Source: Solirubrobacterales bacterium (GTDB taxonomy: Bacteria; Actinomycetota; Thermoleophilia; Solirubrobacterales; 70-9). Taken from it: a DNA stretch of 47,978 nucleotides. The notes below the pieces were generated by a model. That model was not told the DNA's origin and made no database searches. It was given only the letters and a program-made list of their open reading frames with translations. The position numbers were made by a program, and so were the translations under genes. Of this stretch, positions 15,529 to 24,487 are shown one piece after another (positions within the stretch are counted from its first letter, which is position 1; each line of letters opens with the position of its first letter). The stretch covers positions 1 through 47,978 of the forward strand of contig DASSMU010000238.1 in assembly GCA_035701465.1 (NCBI GenBank), written 5' to 3'.

Positions 15529-17703
15529 TCAGCCTTTGCCGAGCCCGGCGCAACCGGCCGGGTCGAGCTTGCCCTTGACCTTGAAGACGTAGTCGGGCTC
15601 GGGCGTGATGTTGGGCTCTTCGATGATCTGTTCCAGGTTCGGGTCGGTCTTGATCCAGGCGTAGATCGGGTACCAGTATTCCGCCTCGTGGGAGTCCTGA
15701 GTGAACTGGCTGACGATCAGGAAGTCGTATTCGCCGGCGTTGATCCGGCGGCGGAACTGGGCGCAGCTGGTGGCGAGGCGGTAGGCGCCGTCCGGCCCCG
15801 GTACCCCGATGAACTGGACGTAGTTGTCGAGGTTGGCGCCGTAGAAGCCGTACTGGCCGAAGAAGATCTCCCCTGAGCCGGCGATCCCGATCCGCTTGTC
15901 GTGCTGCTTGCGGGCGAAGGCGTAGGCCTGCTTCGGCCCGCCATCCTGGAGGAAGTGGTCCGTTTCCGTGTAGTGGTGGTCGTAGTACTGCACCTCCTGG
16001 GCGCGGCCGAGGACCACGGCCAGCAGCAGGACCGCGCCCGCGGCGCCGGCGACGACGACGCGGCTCGCGTTCCACCGCGTGCGGGCCAGCCCCAGGCCCG
16101 CCGGCGCCCAGACCAGGGCCAGAGTGAGGAAGACGGTGCCGACGATGTAGCCGGGGTACCAGCGCGGCGTCGTCAGCACCGTGATCGCGTAGACGGCGAG
16201 GAGGAAGAACAGCGTCTGCCGGGCGCGGCTGTCGGGCGCCCGCAGCGGCCGCGCGATCGGCAGCAGGACCAACGCCAGGACCAGGCCGGGGATCAGGTAG
16301 CGGGTATTGGTGAAGAAGCCGGTCGGCGAGCCCTCCTGCCCGGCGGCGGTGAGCGGCGTGAAGATGTAGACGACCGCGGTCGCCAGCGCCCCCACGGCGA
16401 TCACCCGCAGGATCTTGTTGCGGGAACGGACCGCAACGTAGACCGCCGCGGCCACGGCGACGATCAAGATCAGCGGCCAGAGCGGCCCGAGCGCGTTGTC
16501 GAGCTGGGGGAAGAACCAGCGGCGGTAGATCGTCGGCTGGGTCAGGTAGTGGGCGACGGCGAAGCGCGGCCGCGGGTCGAGCGGCATCTGGTCGGGACGC
16601 GGCAGGTGCAACGGTCCGAAGCCGATCTGCGGGAGCGGATTGCCGCCCGTCTTGACCGCCGCCCGCACGTACCAGTAGCCGCCAACCAGGAAGGTCGAGA
16701 GGCCGAGCACCCAGGCGGTGGTGAGGCGTCGCCCGCGGCCGCTGAAGACGATCACGCCAAGCCCGATCGCGACGACCGGGATCAAGAAGGTGAGCTTGAC
16801 CGAGGCGGCGAGCCCTGCCGCGATCCCGGCGATCACCAGCGGCCCCTTGTCGAGCAGCGGCGCATCCTGCTCCGGCGCATCCTGGACCGCCCCCGAATCG
16901 GGAGCTCGTCGCTGGTGCGCGTTGATCAGGAAGGCGGCGAAGGCGATCAGGAAGGCGAGCCCCATGATGTCGTTTCGTCCCTCGCCCGGCTGGGTCTCGA
17001 TCATCACCCCCGAGTCGAGCACGATCGCCGCCGCGACCAGCGTCGCCGGGCCGACCTTGTAGGGGCGCCCGACGCACCAGGCGGCGAGCAGCGCGATCGC
17101 CAGCCAGACCAGGTTGATCAGCGGCGAGAGCCAGTCGGTCTTGAAGAGGACGATCGCGGTGCCGTGGATCAGCTCCGAGCTCTGCGGGTAAAACCAGGCG
17201 ACGAGGCGCAGCGGGTCGGTGAAGTGCAGGTGGACGGTCGAGTGTTCCTGGGCGAACCGCGCCGCGAAGGGCATGTGGTACCAGGTCGTGTCGCCGCCGA
17301 ACATCCCCTGGTCGAGGCTGAGCTGGGAGGGGAAGGTCCACTCGGCGACCGTGAAGGAGGCGACCGCGAGGGCGATCAGCAGGGCGAACGTCTGCACCTG
17401 GGGGGCGCTGATCTCCCCGCCGGAGGCGGGCGCCATGTGCCAGCCGAGCAGGGCGGCGAGGAGGCCGATCGCGATGCAGACGACGATCGTCCAGCCGACC
17501 GTGAGGATGCTGAGGCTGCCGAGCAACTCGAGCGAGACGACCAGCAGCGCGACGGCGATCGTGGCGTCGGCGAGCCGCGCCAGCGCGCCGGAGAATTCGG
17601 GCACGATCCAGCGCCGCAGCCAGTAGCCGCCGAGGCCGACCGCGCTGACGATGCCGATCACGGCGAAGCAGCCGCCGAGGTAGGAGCCGAAGGAGGGAGT
17701 CAC
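15529..17703 (-). CDS. Large polytopic membrane protein with a C-terminal soluble domain (possible GT-C-type glycosyltransferase)
   Basis: ORF 15529..17703 has at least 12 hydrophobic segments followed by a hydrophilic tail of about 170 aa. Two longer ORFs overlapping it are R/P/G-rich shadows. The functional guess is weak. Confidence 0.55.
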   Translation of the reverse strand: MTPSFGSYLGGCFAVIGIVSAVGLGGYWLRRWIVPEFSGALARLADATIAVALLVVSLELLGSLSILTVGWTIVVCIAIGLLAALLGWHMAPASGGEISAPQVQTFALLIALAVASFTVAEWTFPSQLSLDQGMFGGDTTWYHMPFAARFAQEHSTVHLHFTDPLRLVAWFYPQSSELIHGTAIVLFKTDWLSPLINLVWLAIALLAAWCVGRPYKVGPATLVAAAIVLDSGVMIETQPGEGRNDIMGLAFLIAFAAFLINAHQRRAPDSGAVQDAPEQDAPLLDKGPLVIAGIAAGLAASVKLTFLIPVVAIGLGVIVFSGRGRRLTTAWVLGLSTFLVGGYWYVRAAVKTGGNPLPQIGFGPLHLPRPDQMPLDPRPRFAVAHYLTQPTIYRRWFFPQLDNALGPLWPLILIVAVAAAVYVAVRSRNKILRVIAVGALATAVVYIFTPLTAAGQEGSPTGFFTNTRYLIPGLVLALVLLPIARPLRAPDSRARQTLFFLLAVYAITVLTTPRWYPGYIVGTVFLTLALVWAPAGLGLARTRWNASRVVVAGAAGAVLLLAVVLGRAQEVQYYDHHYTETDHFLQDGGPKQAYAFARKQHDKRIGIAGSGEIFFGQYGFYGANLDNYVQFIGVPGPDGAYRLATSCAQFRRRINAGEYDFLIVSQFTQDSHEAEYWYPIYAWIKTDPNLEQIIEEPNITPEPDYVFKVKGKLDPAGCAGLGKG

Positions 17704-17742
17704 CGGCGCGGGATGCTATTCGCCGGGCCGGGCGGCGGGGCG

Positions 17743-18393
17743 CTAGGAGGCCGCGGCCGGGATGCGACAGGAGACGCCGGTGCCGGCGAGGCCGCAGTAG
17801 CCGTTCGGGACCTTGTGCAGGTACTGCTGGTGGTAGTCCTCAGCGTAGTAGAAGGGGCCGGCCGGCTCGACCTCGGTGGTGACCGGCTCGTGCCCGGCGG
17901 CGCGCAGGTCCGCGTCGTAGGCGCCGCGCGCCATCTCGGCCGTCTCCTTCTGGGCGTCGCCGGTGAAGTAGATCCCCGAGCGGTACTGGGTGCCGACGTC
18001 GTTGCCCTGGCGCATCCCCTGGGTCGGGTCGTGCTCCTCGAAGAAGACCTTGAGCAGGTCGCCGTAGGAGACCCTGGCCGGGTCGAAGGCGACGAGCACC
18101 GCCTCCGCGTGGCCGGTCTTGCCGGTGCAGACCTCCTCGTAGGTCGGGTTCGGCGTCGTCCCGTTCATGTAGCCGACCGCGGTCGTGTAAACGCCGTCGA
18201 TTCCCCAGAAGAGGCGCTCCGCCCCCCAGAAACAGCCTAGGGCGAAGTAGGCGGTCTCGATCCCGTCCGGGAAAGGCGGCTGCAACGGCGCCCCCAGCAC
18301 CGCGTGGCGCTCGGGCACGTCGAAGGCGGGCTCGCTGCGCCCCGGCAAGGCGTCCTCCGCCGAGGGCATTCGCGTCTTCTTCGAAAACAGCAT
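17743..18393 (-). CDS. msrA: Peptide-methionine (S)-S-oxide reductase
   Basis: GCFWGAE active site. The N-terminus [19 protein letters not shown] parallels E. coli MsrA MSLFDKKHLVSPADALPGR, which sets the start at 18393. Confidence 0.9.
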   Translation of the reverse strand: MLFSKKTRMPSAEDALPGRSEPAFDVPERHAVLGAPLQPPFPDGIETAYFALGCFWGAERLFWGIDGVYTTAVGYMNGTTPNPTYEEVCTGKTGHAEAVLVAFDPARVSYGDLLKVFFEEHDPTQGMRQGNDVGTQYRSGIYFTGDAQKETAEMARGAYDADLRAAGHEPVTTEVEPAGPFYYAEDYHQQYLHKVPNGYCGLAGTGVSCRIPAAAS

Positions 18394-18408
18394 GCCCCCC
18401 AGCTTACG

Positions 18409-18469
18409 CCCCCCGAACTGCATCAACTTCTAGGTCCACCAGGCCGAAAAGTTGATGCAGTTCGGGGGG
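18409..18469. repeat. Perfect 21-bp inverted repeat with a 19-nt spacer in the msrA divergent intergenic region
   Basis: CCCCCCGAACTGCATCAACTT (18409-18429) and AAGTTGATGCAGTTCGGGGGG (18449-18469). Confidence 0.9.
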
Positions 18470-18766
18470 CAAACGGGTAGCGTTTGCTGCATCGGCTGCC
18501 TCGTCGTCCTTTTCGCCTTGATCTCCCCCAGGCTGGCGCTGTTCCTGCTCTGGCTGTTCACCGACCTGCTCAGCCGCGCCTTCGAGAGCTGGTTCGTCCC
18601 CTTCCTCGGCTTCTTCCTGCTGCCTTGGACGACGCTGGCCTACGCGGCGATGTGGAGTTCCTCGGACCGCGTCTCCGGCTTCGAGTGGTTCATCGTCATC
18701 CTCGCCTTCGTGATCGACCTCGGCTCCTACGCGCAGAGCGGGCGGCGCCGGGCGAGAACCGCTTAG
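18452..18766 (+). CDS. Small integral membrane protein (3 predicted TM)
   Basis: ORF 18452..18766 is hydrophobic (CIGCLVVLFALISPRLALFLLWLF, FVPFLGFFLLPW, FEWFIVILAFVIDL). The start (TTG 18452 or ATG 18455) lies inside the inverted repeat. Confidence 0.55.
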   Translation: MMQFGGQTGSVCCIGCLVVLFALISPRLALFLLWLFTDLLSRAFESWFVPFLGFFLLPWTTLAYAAMWSSSDRVSGFEWFIVILAFVIDLGSYAQSGRRRARTA

Positions 18767-19035
18767 CGAGCAACCGCGGTGACGGGGAAAGCGAGCCTGA
18801 TGTGGGCCTTGGAGAGGACCATGAACTCGCGCCGCTCCACCTCGCCCCCCTCCAGCGGTGAGACCTCGACGTCGACCAGCGGGATGAAGGAGATGTCGAT
18901 CCGGTTGAACGAGTCCGAAAGCCGGCTCTGGTAGCCCTGCGCAGGCAGGGTCATGTCGCCGACGATCCAGTGCCGGTCGGTTTCGAACCGCACCCGTTCG
19001 ACCCGCCGTTCGCTCTGGCTCAGATCCTCGCTCAT
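18763..19035 (-). CDS. Hypothetical protein (90 aa)
   Basis: ATG at 19035 (MSEDLSQSERRVERVRFETDRHWIVGD...). No family recognised. Confidence 0.5.
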   Translation of the reverse strand: MSEDLSQSERRVERVRFETDRHWIVGDMTLPAQGYQSRLSDSFNRIDISFIPLVDVEVSPLEGGEVERREFMVLSKAHIRLAFPVTAVAR

Positions 19036-19158
19036 CGTGCGCCTATCGGCAGGGAAGCCGCATCTCGCGAGTGGACAATCGTCCAAACCGCCTTGCGCAG
19101 CAGCCGGCGCTTTGCGCTCGTCGGCCCTGGTCCATCATCTATGCCGGATTATAGCTAC

Positions 19159-19164
19159 TATAAT
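19159..19164 (+). promoter_or_regulatory. TATAAT -10 box 6 nt upstream of the antitoxin ATG (possible leaderless transcript)
   Basis: Exact TATAAT at 19159-19164; ATG at 19171. No good -35. Confidence 0.3.
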
Positions 19165-19170
19165 GACCAT

Positions 19171-19398
19171 ATGTCCAAACAAGTGACCGCAACCGACGCG
19201 AAGGCGACGATTCTTCGCCTCTTGGACGATGCCGCGGCAGGCGAAGAGATCGAGATCACCCGTCACGGCCGTCCAGTCGCCCGCCTCGTGCCGGCAGCCG
19301 GTGCGCGCTCCCTGAAGGGCTCGTTCGAGGGCGTGGCCTCGACGGCGGTCGACGAGGAACAGCTGTTCTCGACCGGCGAGCGCTGGGACGCCGCTTAG
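19171..19398 (+). CDS. Phd/YefM-type antitoxin
   Basis: MSKQVTATDAKATILRLLDDAAAGEEIEITRHGRPVARLVP is the typical Phd/YefM N-terminal fold signature. It sits 2 nt upstream of the PIN gene. Confidence 0.8.
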   Translation: MSKQVTATDAKATILRLLDDAAAGEEIEITRHGRPVARLVPAAGARSLKGSFEGVASTAVDEEQLFSTGERWDAA

Positions 19399-19400
19399 GC

Positions 19401-19793
19401 GTGAGCGCGATCCTGCTCGACACCCACGTCGTGCACTGGTGGTCGGCGGAGCCGAAGCGAGTCAGCGCCTCTGCCCGCAAAGTGCTCGAGAGCGCGGATG
19501 AGCTCGTCGTCGCGGCGGTCTCCTGGTACGAGTTGGCATGGCTGGCGAGACACGAGCGGATCGTCGTCAACGTCCCAATCCGGACCTGGCTGCAGGGCCT
19601 CGCCGCGCAGCTTCGGACGATCGGCGTGACCCCGGCCATCGCGGACACGGCCGTCGGCCTGCCATCCTCGTTCCCGGGCGACCCCGCCGACCGCATGATC
19701 TACGCAACCGCGATTGAGCACGGACTCAAACTCGTGACCAAGGATCGGGCGATCCGCGATCACGCGCATCCTCAGTCAGTGGTTGTCTGGTAG
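19401..19793 (+). CDS. vapC: PIN-domain ribonuclease toxin
   Basis: GTG start. ILLDTHVVHWW N-terminus, and the acidic residues D...E...D...D are spaced as in PIN domains. Confidence 0.85.
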   Translation: MSAILLDTHVVHWWSAEPKRVSASARKVLESADELVVAAVSWYELAWLARHERIVVNVPIRTWLQGLAAQLRTIGVTPAIADTAVGLPSSFPGDPADRMIYATAIEHGLKLVTKDRAIRDHAHPQSVVVW

Positions 19794-19937
19794 CCCCGGG
19801 AAGCATCGACCGTTGAACATCGGGGCGATCGGATTGATTCGCCCCCCGAGCGGGGTTCATGATGGCCCCGCATCACGATTGCATCACTCTCGTGTATGGA
19901 TCGATGTGGATCTGCTCGTCGACTGTGACTCGGGCCG

Positions 19938-20255
19938 TCAAAGACCGAGCACCAGGGCAAGGGCATCGTCCACGGCGCGAAGCTCATCGGCGTCGAGACG
20001 TCCAGCCGAGCGTCCGAGGCGCTGTGGATCTACCACCGTGCTTTGCTCGACGAGGACCTGCGTCTCGTTCCCCTCCAGGGTGATCACGGGACGGAAGGTG
20101 GCCGGATGGGCACTCGTCGAGGTGGGTGAGACCAGGGTCGTGCTCAGCCCCATGAACTCGTCGGCCTGAACGACCACCGCGTAGCGGGCACCGCGCTGCT
20201 CGCGGCCACGCACACCTCGCGGGGAAGGCAGTCGAAAGACCTCGCCGCGGACCAC
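19938..20255 (-). CDS. mazF: MazF/PemK-family mRNA interferase toxin
   Basis: The GTG at 20255 gives VVRGEVFRLPSP...RYAVVVQAD...TLVSPTST...VLVEQSTVVDPQRL, the typical PemK/MazF pattern. It starts 1 nt after the antitoxin stop. Confidence 0.8.
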   Translation of the reverse strand: MVRGEVFRLPSPRGVRGREQRGARYAVVVQADEFMGLSTTLVSPTSTSAHPATFRPVITLEGNETQVLVEQSTVVDPQRLGRSAGRLDADELRAVDDALALVLGL

Positions 20256-20256
20256 G

Positions 20257-20502
20257 TCAGTCGAGCACTTCGGGTGCCAGTTCCGACATCTGCTCCCGAA
20301 CGACCTGCATCTCAGTTCGATCTGCCTCATCGGCAGCCAGTCGCTCGACCTCTTCGGCAATAGAAGATCGTGATCGGCGCCTCGCTGCCGCCTCCTGGAG
20401 CGCAGTGCGGACAGCCTCTGAGTCACTACTCGCATCGCCCCGCACCACTCTCAGCGCGGCAGCTGAACTGTCGTCCAGGCGAACGTGAAGCGATCGGCTC
20501 AC
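20257..20502 (-). CDS. Ribbon-helix-helix antitoxin (MazE-like)
   Basis: The GTG at 20502 gives VSRSLHVRLDDSSAAALRVV..., an RHH beta-strand motif. The upstream part of ORF 20257..20574 is antisense translation of tRNA-Pro and was trimmed. Confidence 0.65.
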   Translation of the reverse strand: MSRSLHVRLDDSSAAALRVVRGDASSDSEAVRTALQEAAARRRSRSSIAEEVERLAADEADRTEMQVVREQMSELAPEVLD

Positions 20503-20537
20503 AACAGGGAGTGTAGCACATATCGTGCTACAAATAA

Positions 20538-20611
20538 TCGGGGCGCCCGGATTCGAACCGGGGACCTCGGCCACCCAAAGGCCGCGCGCTACCAGGCTGC
20601 GCCACGCCCCG
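20538..20611 (-). tRNA. tRNA-Pro (anticodon UGG)
   Basis: Hand-folded: CGGGGCG TG GCGC AGCCTGGTA GCGC G CGGCC TTTGGGT GGCCG AGGTC CCCGG TTCGAAT CCGGG CGCCCCG A. All stems are perfect. Confidence 0.9.
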
Positions 20612-20683
20612 CTGCGCCCAGTGTAGAGCCGCCCTGCGGACCGGGCGGGGTCGGCCGCGGGGCAACCGCTAGGTTTCGCTGCG

Positions 20684-21973
20684 ATGGCCGACGTCCAGCC
20701 CCTCCACGCCCTGCATTACGACCTCGACGCGGTCGGGTCGCTGCAGGACGTCGTCGCGCCGCCCTATGACGTGATCGACACGGCGACGCGGGCCGAGTTG
20801 ATCGCGCGCTCGCCCTACAACGCCGTCGCGATCGATCTGCCGAAGCCCTACGGGGAGACCGGGCCGCAGGCGGCCGAGGGCGATCCGTACGAGCGGGCGG
20901 CCAGAGAAATCGACGCCTGGCAGAAGGCGGGCGCTCTGGTCAAGGACGCCGAGCCGACGATCTGGGCGATGGAGCAGGAGTACACCGGCCCGGACGGCTC
21001 CGAGCACGTCCGCCACGCGATCCTCGCCCGCGTCCGGGTCGAGGACTTCGAGACCGGCCAGGTCCTGCCCCACGAGCGCACCCTGCCAGGGCCCAAGCAG
21101 GACCGCCTGGAACTGATGCGGGCAACCCGCTGCAACCTCTCGCCGATCTTCTCGCTGAGCACGCGGGACCCGTGGCCGCTGGTGGAGCAGGAGATCGAGC
21201 TCGAGTTCGACGAGCCCTGGGGAGAAGCGACGGACGCCGCCGGCACGGTGACGAGGCTCTGGCGAATCGAGGAACCCGGCGTCCTGGAAGAAGTCACCGA
21301 GCTGCTCTCCGAGGCGCAGCTGCTGATCGCCGACGGCCACCACCGTTACGAGACCGCGATCGCCTACCGCGACGAGATCGGCGGCGAGGGCCTCCACAAC
21401 TACACGCTGATGGCGCTGACCGGGCTCGAGGACCCGGGCCTCTCGGTCTACCCCACCCACCGGCTGCTCTCCGGCTTCGCCGAGGACCCGGAGCGCCAGC
21501 GCCGCCTCGGCGAGGGACTGCGCGAGCTCTTCGACGTGACCGAGGTCGAGACCGACCGGATCGACCCGCTCGGCGAGGAGGGGGTCGGCGTCTTCGGCCT
21601 CTACGACTCCCACCACAAGCGCGCCTTCCGGCTGCGACTGAAGGACACGGCCGAGCTCGACCGCCTGCTCGAGGGCCAGCCCGAGGCCTACCGCCGCCTC
21701 GACGCGGCGATCCTCGAGACCTTGGTCCTGAAGGGAATCGCCGGGCTGAGCGAGGACGACATCCTCGCCAAGCGTGGCCTCGGCTACGCGAAGAGCGTCG
21801 AGGACTCGCTGCGCCTGCTCGACGAGGGCCCCTACGACGTCGCCTTCATCCTGCGCCCGATCCCGGTCGACCAGACCCGCGAAATCTGCGAAAGCGACGC
21901 CAACATGCCGCCGAAGTCGACCTACTTCTACCCGAAGGTGCTGACCGGGCTGGTCTTCAACCCGCTGTCCTGA
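20684..21973 (+). CDS. DUF1015 domain protein
   Basis: LIADGHHRYETA motif, with overall length and layout typical of DUF1015. Confidence 0.8.
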   Translation: MADVQPLHALHYDLDAVGSLQDVVAPPYDVIDTATRAELIARSPYNAVAIDLPKPYGETGPQAAEGDPYERAAREIDAWQKAGALVKDAEPTIWAMEQEYTGPDGSEHVRHAILARVRVEDFETGQVLPHERTLPGPKQDRLELMRATRCNLSPIFSLSTRDPWPLVEQEIELEFDEPWGEATDAAGTVTRLWRIEEPGVLEEVTELLSEAQLLIADGHHRYETAIAYRDEIGGEGLHNYTLMALTGLEDPGLSVYPTHRLLSGFAEDPERQRRLGEGLRELFDVTEVETDRIDPLGEEGVGVFGLYDSHHKRAFRLRLKDTAELDRLLEGQPEAYRRLDAAILETLVLKGIAGLSEDDILAKRGLGYAKSVEDSLRLLDEGPYDVAFILRPIPVDQTREICESDANMPPKSTYFYPKVLTGLVFNPLS

Positions 21974-21996
21974 AGGCCGCGGCGTAGGATCACGCC

Positions 21997-22563
21997 ATGG
22001 TCAAGATCTACACCAAGAAGGGCGACGATGGGACGACCTCGCTCTGGTACGGCGGGCGGGTGCCGAAGCACCACGGTCGCACCGAGGCTTACGGGTCCCT
22101 TGACGAGGCCTGCTCGCAACTGGGCGTCGCCCGCGCCCTCTGCGACGCCGGCAGCGCCGAGCTCGCCGCGGACATCCTCAGCCTCCAGGACGCCCTCTTC
22201 GTCGCCGGTGCCGAGCTGGCGACCGCGCCGGAGGCGGCCGAGCGGCTCGAAGACGGCGTCAGCCGCACCACCGAGGCGATGGTCGCCGAGCTCGAGCGGC
22301 AGATCGACCGCTACATGAGCGAGGTCGAGCTGCCGCCGCAGTTCGTCATCCCCGGCGGCAACCTGCTCTCCGCCCAGCTCGACGTCGCCCGCACGGCGAT
22401 CCGTCGCGCCGAGCGGGCAATCGCCGCCCTCGCCGAGGCCGGCGAGCTGGCGAGCGAGACCGTGATCCACTTCGTCAACCGCGCCTCCGACCTCGCCTAC
22501 GCGATGGCCCGCTTCGCCGACGTCGACGACCCGGCGCTCTTCGAGGGTCGCGGCAAGAGCTAG
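21997..22563 (+). CDS. PduO-type ATP:cob(I)alamin adenosyltransferase
   Basis: The N-terminus MVKIYTKKGDDGTTSL is diagnostic; the rest is a helical bundle. Confidence 0.85.
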   Translation: MVKIYTKKGDDGTTSLWYGGRVPKHHGRTEAYGSLDEACSQLGVARALCDAGSAELAADILSLQDALFVAGAELATAPEAAERLEDGVSRTTEAMVAELERQIDRYMSEVELPPQFVIPGGNLLSAQLDVARTAIRRAERAIAALAEAGELASETVIHFVNRASDLAYAMARFADVDDPALFEGRGKS

Positions 22564-22983
22564 ATGAAGGTCGTCGCCCGCCGGAAGGTGAGTGGAGCGA
22601 ACCGGATCCCGGGGTTCGCCCACGACGTCGAGATCGAGGGCGGCCACACGATCCGCGTCGACGAGCCCCTCGGAGCCGGCGGCAGCGACACCGGCCCCTC
22701 CCCCACCCGCCTGGTCGCCGCCGGCCTCGCCGGCTGCATCGCGGTGACGGTCGAGATATACGCAGAGCGGAAGGAATGGGACGTCGGCGCGGTCGAGGTG
22801 GACGTCGACGTCGAGTACGACGACTTCAGGCCGCTTTCGTTCACCGTGACGCTGAAGCTGCCGGCGGAGCTGAGCGACGAGCAGCGCGAGCGACTGCTGG
22901 CCATCGCCGCCAAGTGCCCGGTGCACCAGCTGCTCGCCGGCGAAACCCACGTCGTCATCTCCGGCCGGGTCGAGTCGCTCTGA
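22564..22983 (+). CDS. OsmC/Ohr family protein
   Basis: GAGGSDTGPSPTRLVAAGLAGC and AAKCPVHQ carry the two conserved Cys positions of OsmC. Confidence 0.85.
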   Translation: MKVVARRKVSGANRIPGFAHDVEIEGGHTIRVDEPLGAGGSDTGPSPTRLVAAGLAGCIAVTVEIYAERKEWDVGAVEVDVDVEYDDFRPLSFTVTLKLPAELSDEQRERLLAIAAKCPVHQLLAGETHVVISGRVESL

Positions 22984-23795
22984 TGGACCTCGGGCTGAAG
23001 GGACGCGCCTGCGTCGTCACCGGCGCCAGCCGCGGGATCGGGGCCGAGACCACGCGACTGCTCTGTGCCGAGGGCGCAGGTGTGCTCCTGGTCGGCCGCC
23101 ACGAGGAGCGCCTGGCGGCCGCCGCGGGGGAAGCGGCCGCCGCGGGGGCGGAGGGCGGAGGCCGCGTCGAGACGCTCGTCCTCGACGTCACCGGCGAGGA
23201 CGCAGGCGAGCGCATGCTCTCGGCGGCCGAGGAGCACTTCGGCGCGCTCGACGTGCTGGTCAACAACGCCGGCACCGCCCGTTGGCGCGACCTCGACGAC
23301 ATCCCCGACGAGGACTGGCGCGCCCAGTACGAGCTCAACGTGATGGCCCCTCTGCGAGCGATGCGGGCCGCGATCCCACCGATGGCCGAGCGCGGCTGGG
23401 GGCGCGTGGTCAACGTCTGCTCGACCGCCGGCAAGCGGCCCTCGGCGGCGATGCCCGAGTACTCGGTGGCGAAGGCGGCCGAGCTCTCGCTCTCGCGGCT
23501 CTTCGCCGACCGCTACGCGAAAAGCGGCGTTCTCGTCAACGCGATCTGCCCCGGCCCGGTCGAATCGGAGATGTGGATGGAGCCGGGCGGCCTGCTCGAC
23601 CAGTCCCACAGGATGTCGGGGGCAGCGAGCCGCGAGGAGGCCCTGGCGACGGCCGGCTCGAAGCGGCCGATTGGACGCCTGGCCGAGGCAGGCGAGATCG
23701 CCGCGGCGATCGTCTTCCTCTGCTCCGAGCGCGCCTCCTACGTGGCGGGCGCCGCCTGGTCCGTGGACGGCGGCACCGTCCAAGTAATCATCTGA
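22983..23795 (+). CDS. Short-chain dehydrogenase/reductase (SDR)
   Basis: The ATG overlaps the OsmC TGA. Contains TGASRGIG, NNAG and YSVAKAA (YxxxK). Confidence 0.85.
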   Translation: MDLGLKGRACVVTGASRGIGAETTRLLCAEGAGVLLVGRHEERLAAAAGEAAAAGAEGGGRVETLVLDVTGEDAGERMLSAAEEHFGALDVLVNNAGTARWRDLDDIPDEDWRAQYELNVMAPLRAMRAAIPPMAERGWGRVVNVCSTAGKRPSAAMPEYSVAKAAELSLSRLFADRYAKSGVLVNAICPGPVESEMWMEPGGLLDQSHRMSGAASREEALATAGSKRPIGRLAEAGEIAAAIVFLCSERASYVAGAAWSVDGGTVQVII

Positions 23796-24394
23796 TGGGC
23801 CGGCGGGCCGAAAATACGCCTATACGGCGTGAAATCGGCCCATCGGCGGAGTTGTCGGGGTTGCTGCTCTCGCCGGAGGAGGCGTTTGCGATGGACGCGC
23901 GCGGGGGGACCGACGCAGCCGTGCTGGTGCCGCTGCACGACTGGCCCGACGAACCGGGCCTGATCTTCACGGAGCGACCCGCCGACATGCGGCGCCACGC
24001 CGGTGAGATTTCCTTCCCCGGCGGCCGCAGGGACGAGGGCGATCCCGACCTGACGGCGACCGCGCTGCGCGAGGCAGAGGAGGAGATCGGCCTCCCACCT
24101 GCGCAGGTCGAACTCTGCGGCGCCCTGCCGCCGGCCTCGACCTTCGTCACCGGCTACCGCATCCACCCCTACGTCGGCCTCATCGCCGACCCGGCAGAGC
24201 TCAACCTCAAACCAAACCCGGCGGAGGTGGAGACGGTCCTGGCTTTTTCGCTAGAAGGGCTGCGCAAGGGCTACGCGATGCGCCGCCTGGTCCGCCGCGG
24301 CGTGCCCATACACACGCCTACCTATGAGGTCGACGGCCACCTGATCTGGGGCGCGACCGCCCGGATCCTCGGCGATCTTCTTTCTCTGATCTGA
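23795..24394 (+). CDS. Nudix hydrolase, CoA pyrophosphatase type
   Basis: The ATG overlaps the SDR TGA. FTERPADMRRHAGEISFPGG is followed by the Nudix box REAEEEIGL. Confidence 0.8.
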   Translation: MGRRAENTPIRREIGPSAELSGLLLSPEEAFAMDARGGTDAAVLVPLHDWPDEPGLIFTERPADMRRHAGEISFPGGRRDEGDPDLTATALREAEEEIGLPPAQVELCGALPPASTFVTGYRIHPYVGLIADPAELNLKPNPAEVETVLAFSLEGLRKGYAMRRLVRRGVPIHTPTYEVDGHLIWGATARILGDLLSLI

Positions 24395-24487
24395 GGCGAC
24401 GAAGTCAAGCGTGGCTAGGACGCAGGGAGCGCCGCGTGCTCTGCACGCAAGCGACTGAGGACAACGCCACGCGCCGGCTTCGTCGCC

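Noticed and set aside
15092-18240. Very long ORFs 15092..17341 (-, 749 aa) and 15901..18240 (+, 779 aa) overlapping the membrane protein and msrA genes
   Set aside because: Their composition is dominated by Arg/Pro/Gly/Asp runs, typical of off-frame or antisense translation of high-GC coding DNA. The 15529..17703 frame gives a coherent polytopic membrane protein, and 17743..18393 is clearly MsrA.
20503-20574. N-terminal 24 codons of ORF 20257..20574 (MAEVPGSNPGAPII...)
   Set aside because: This segment is antisense translation of tRNA-Pro (20538-20611). The antitoxin was started at the GTG at 20502.
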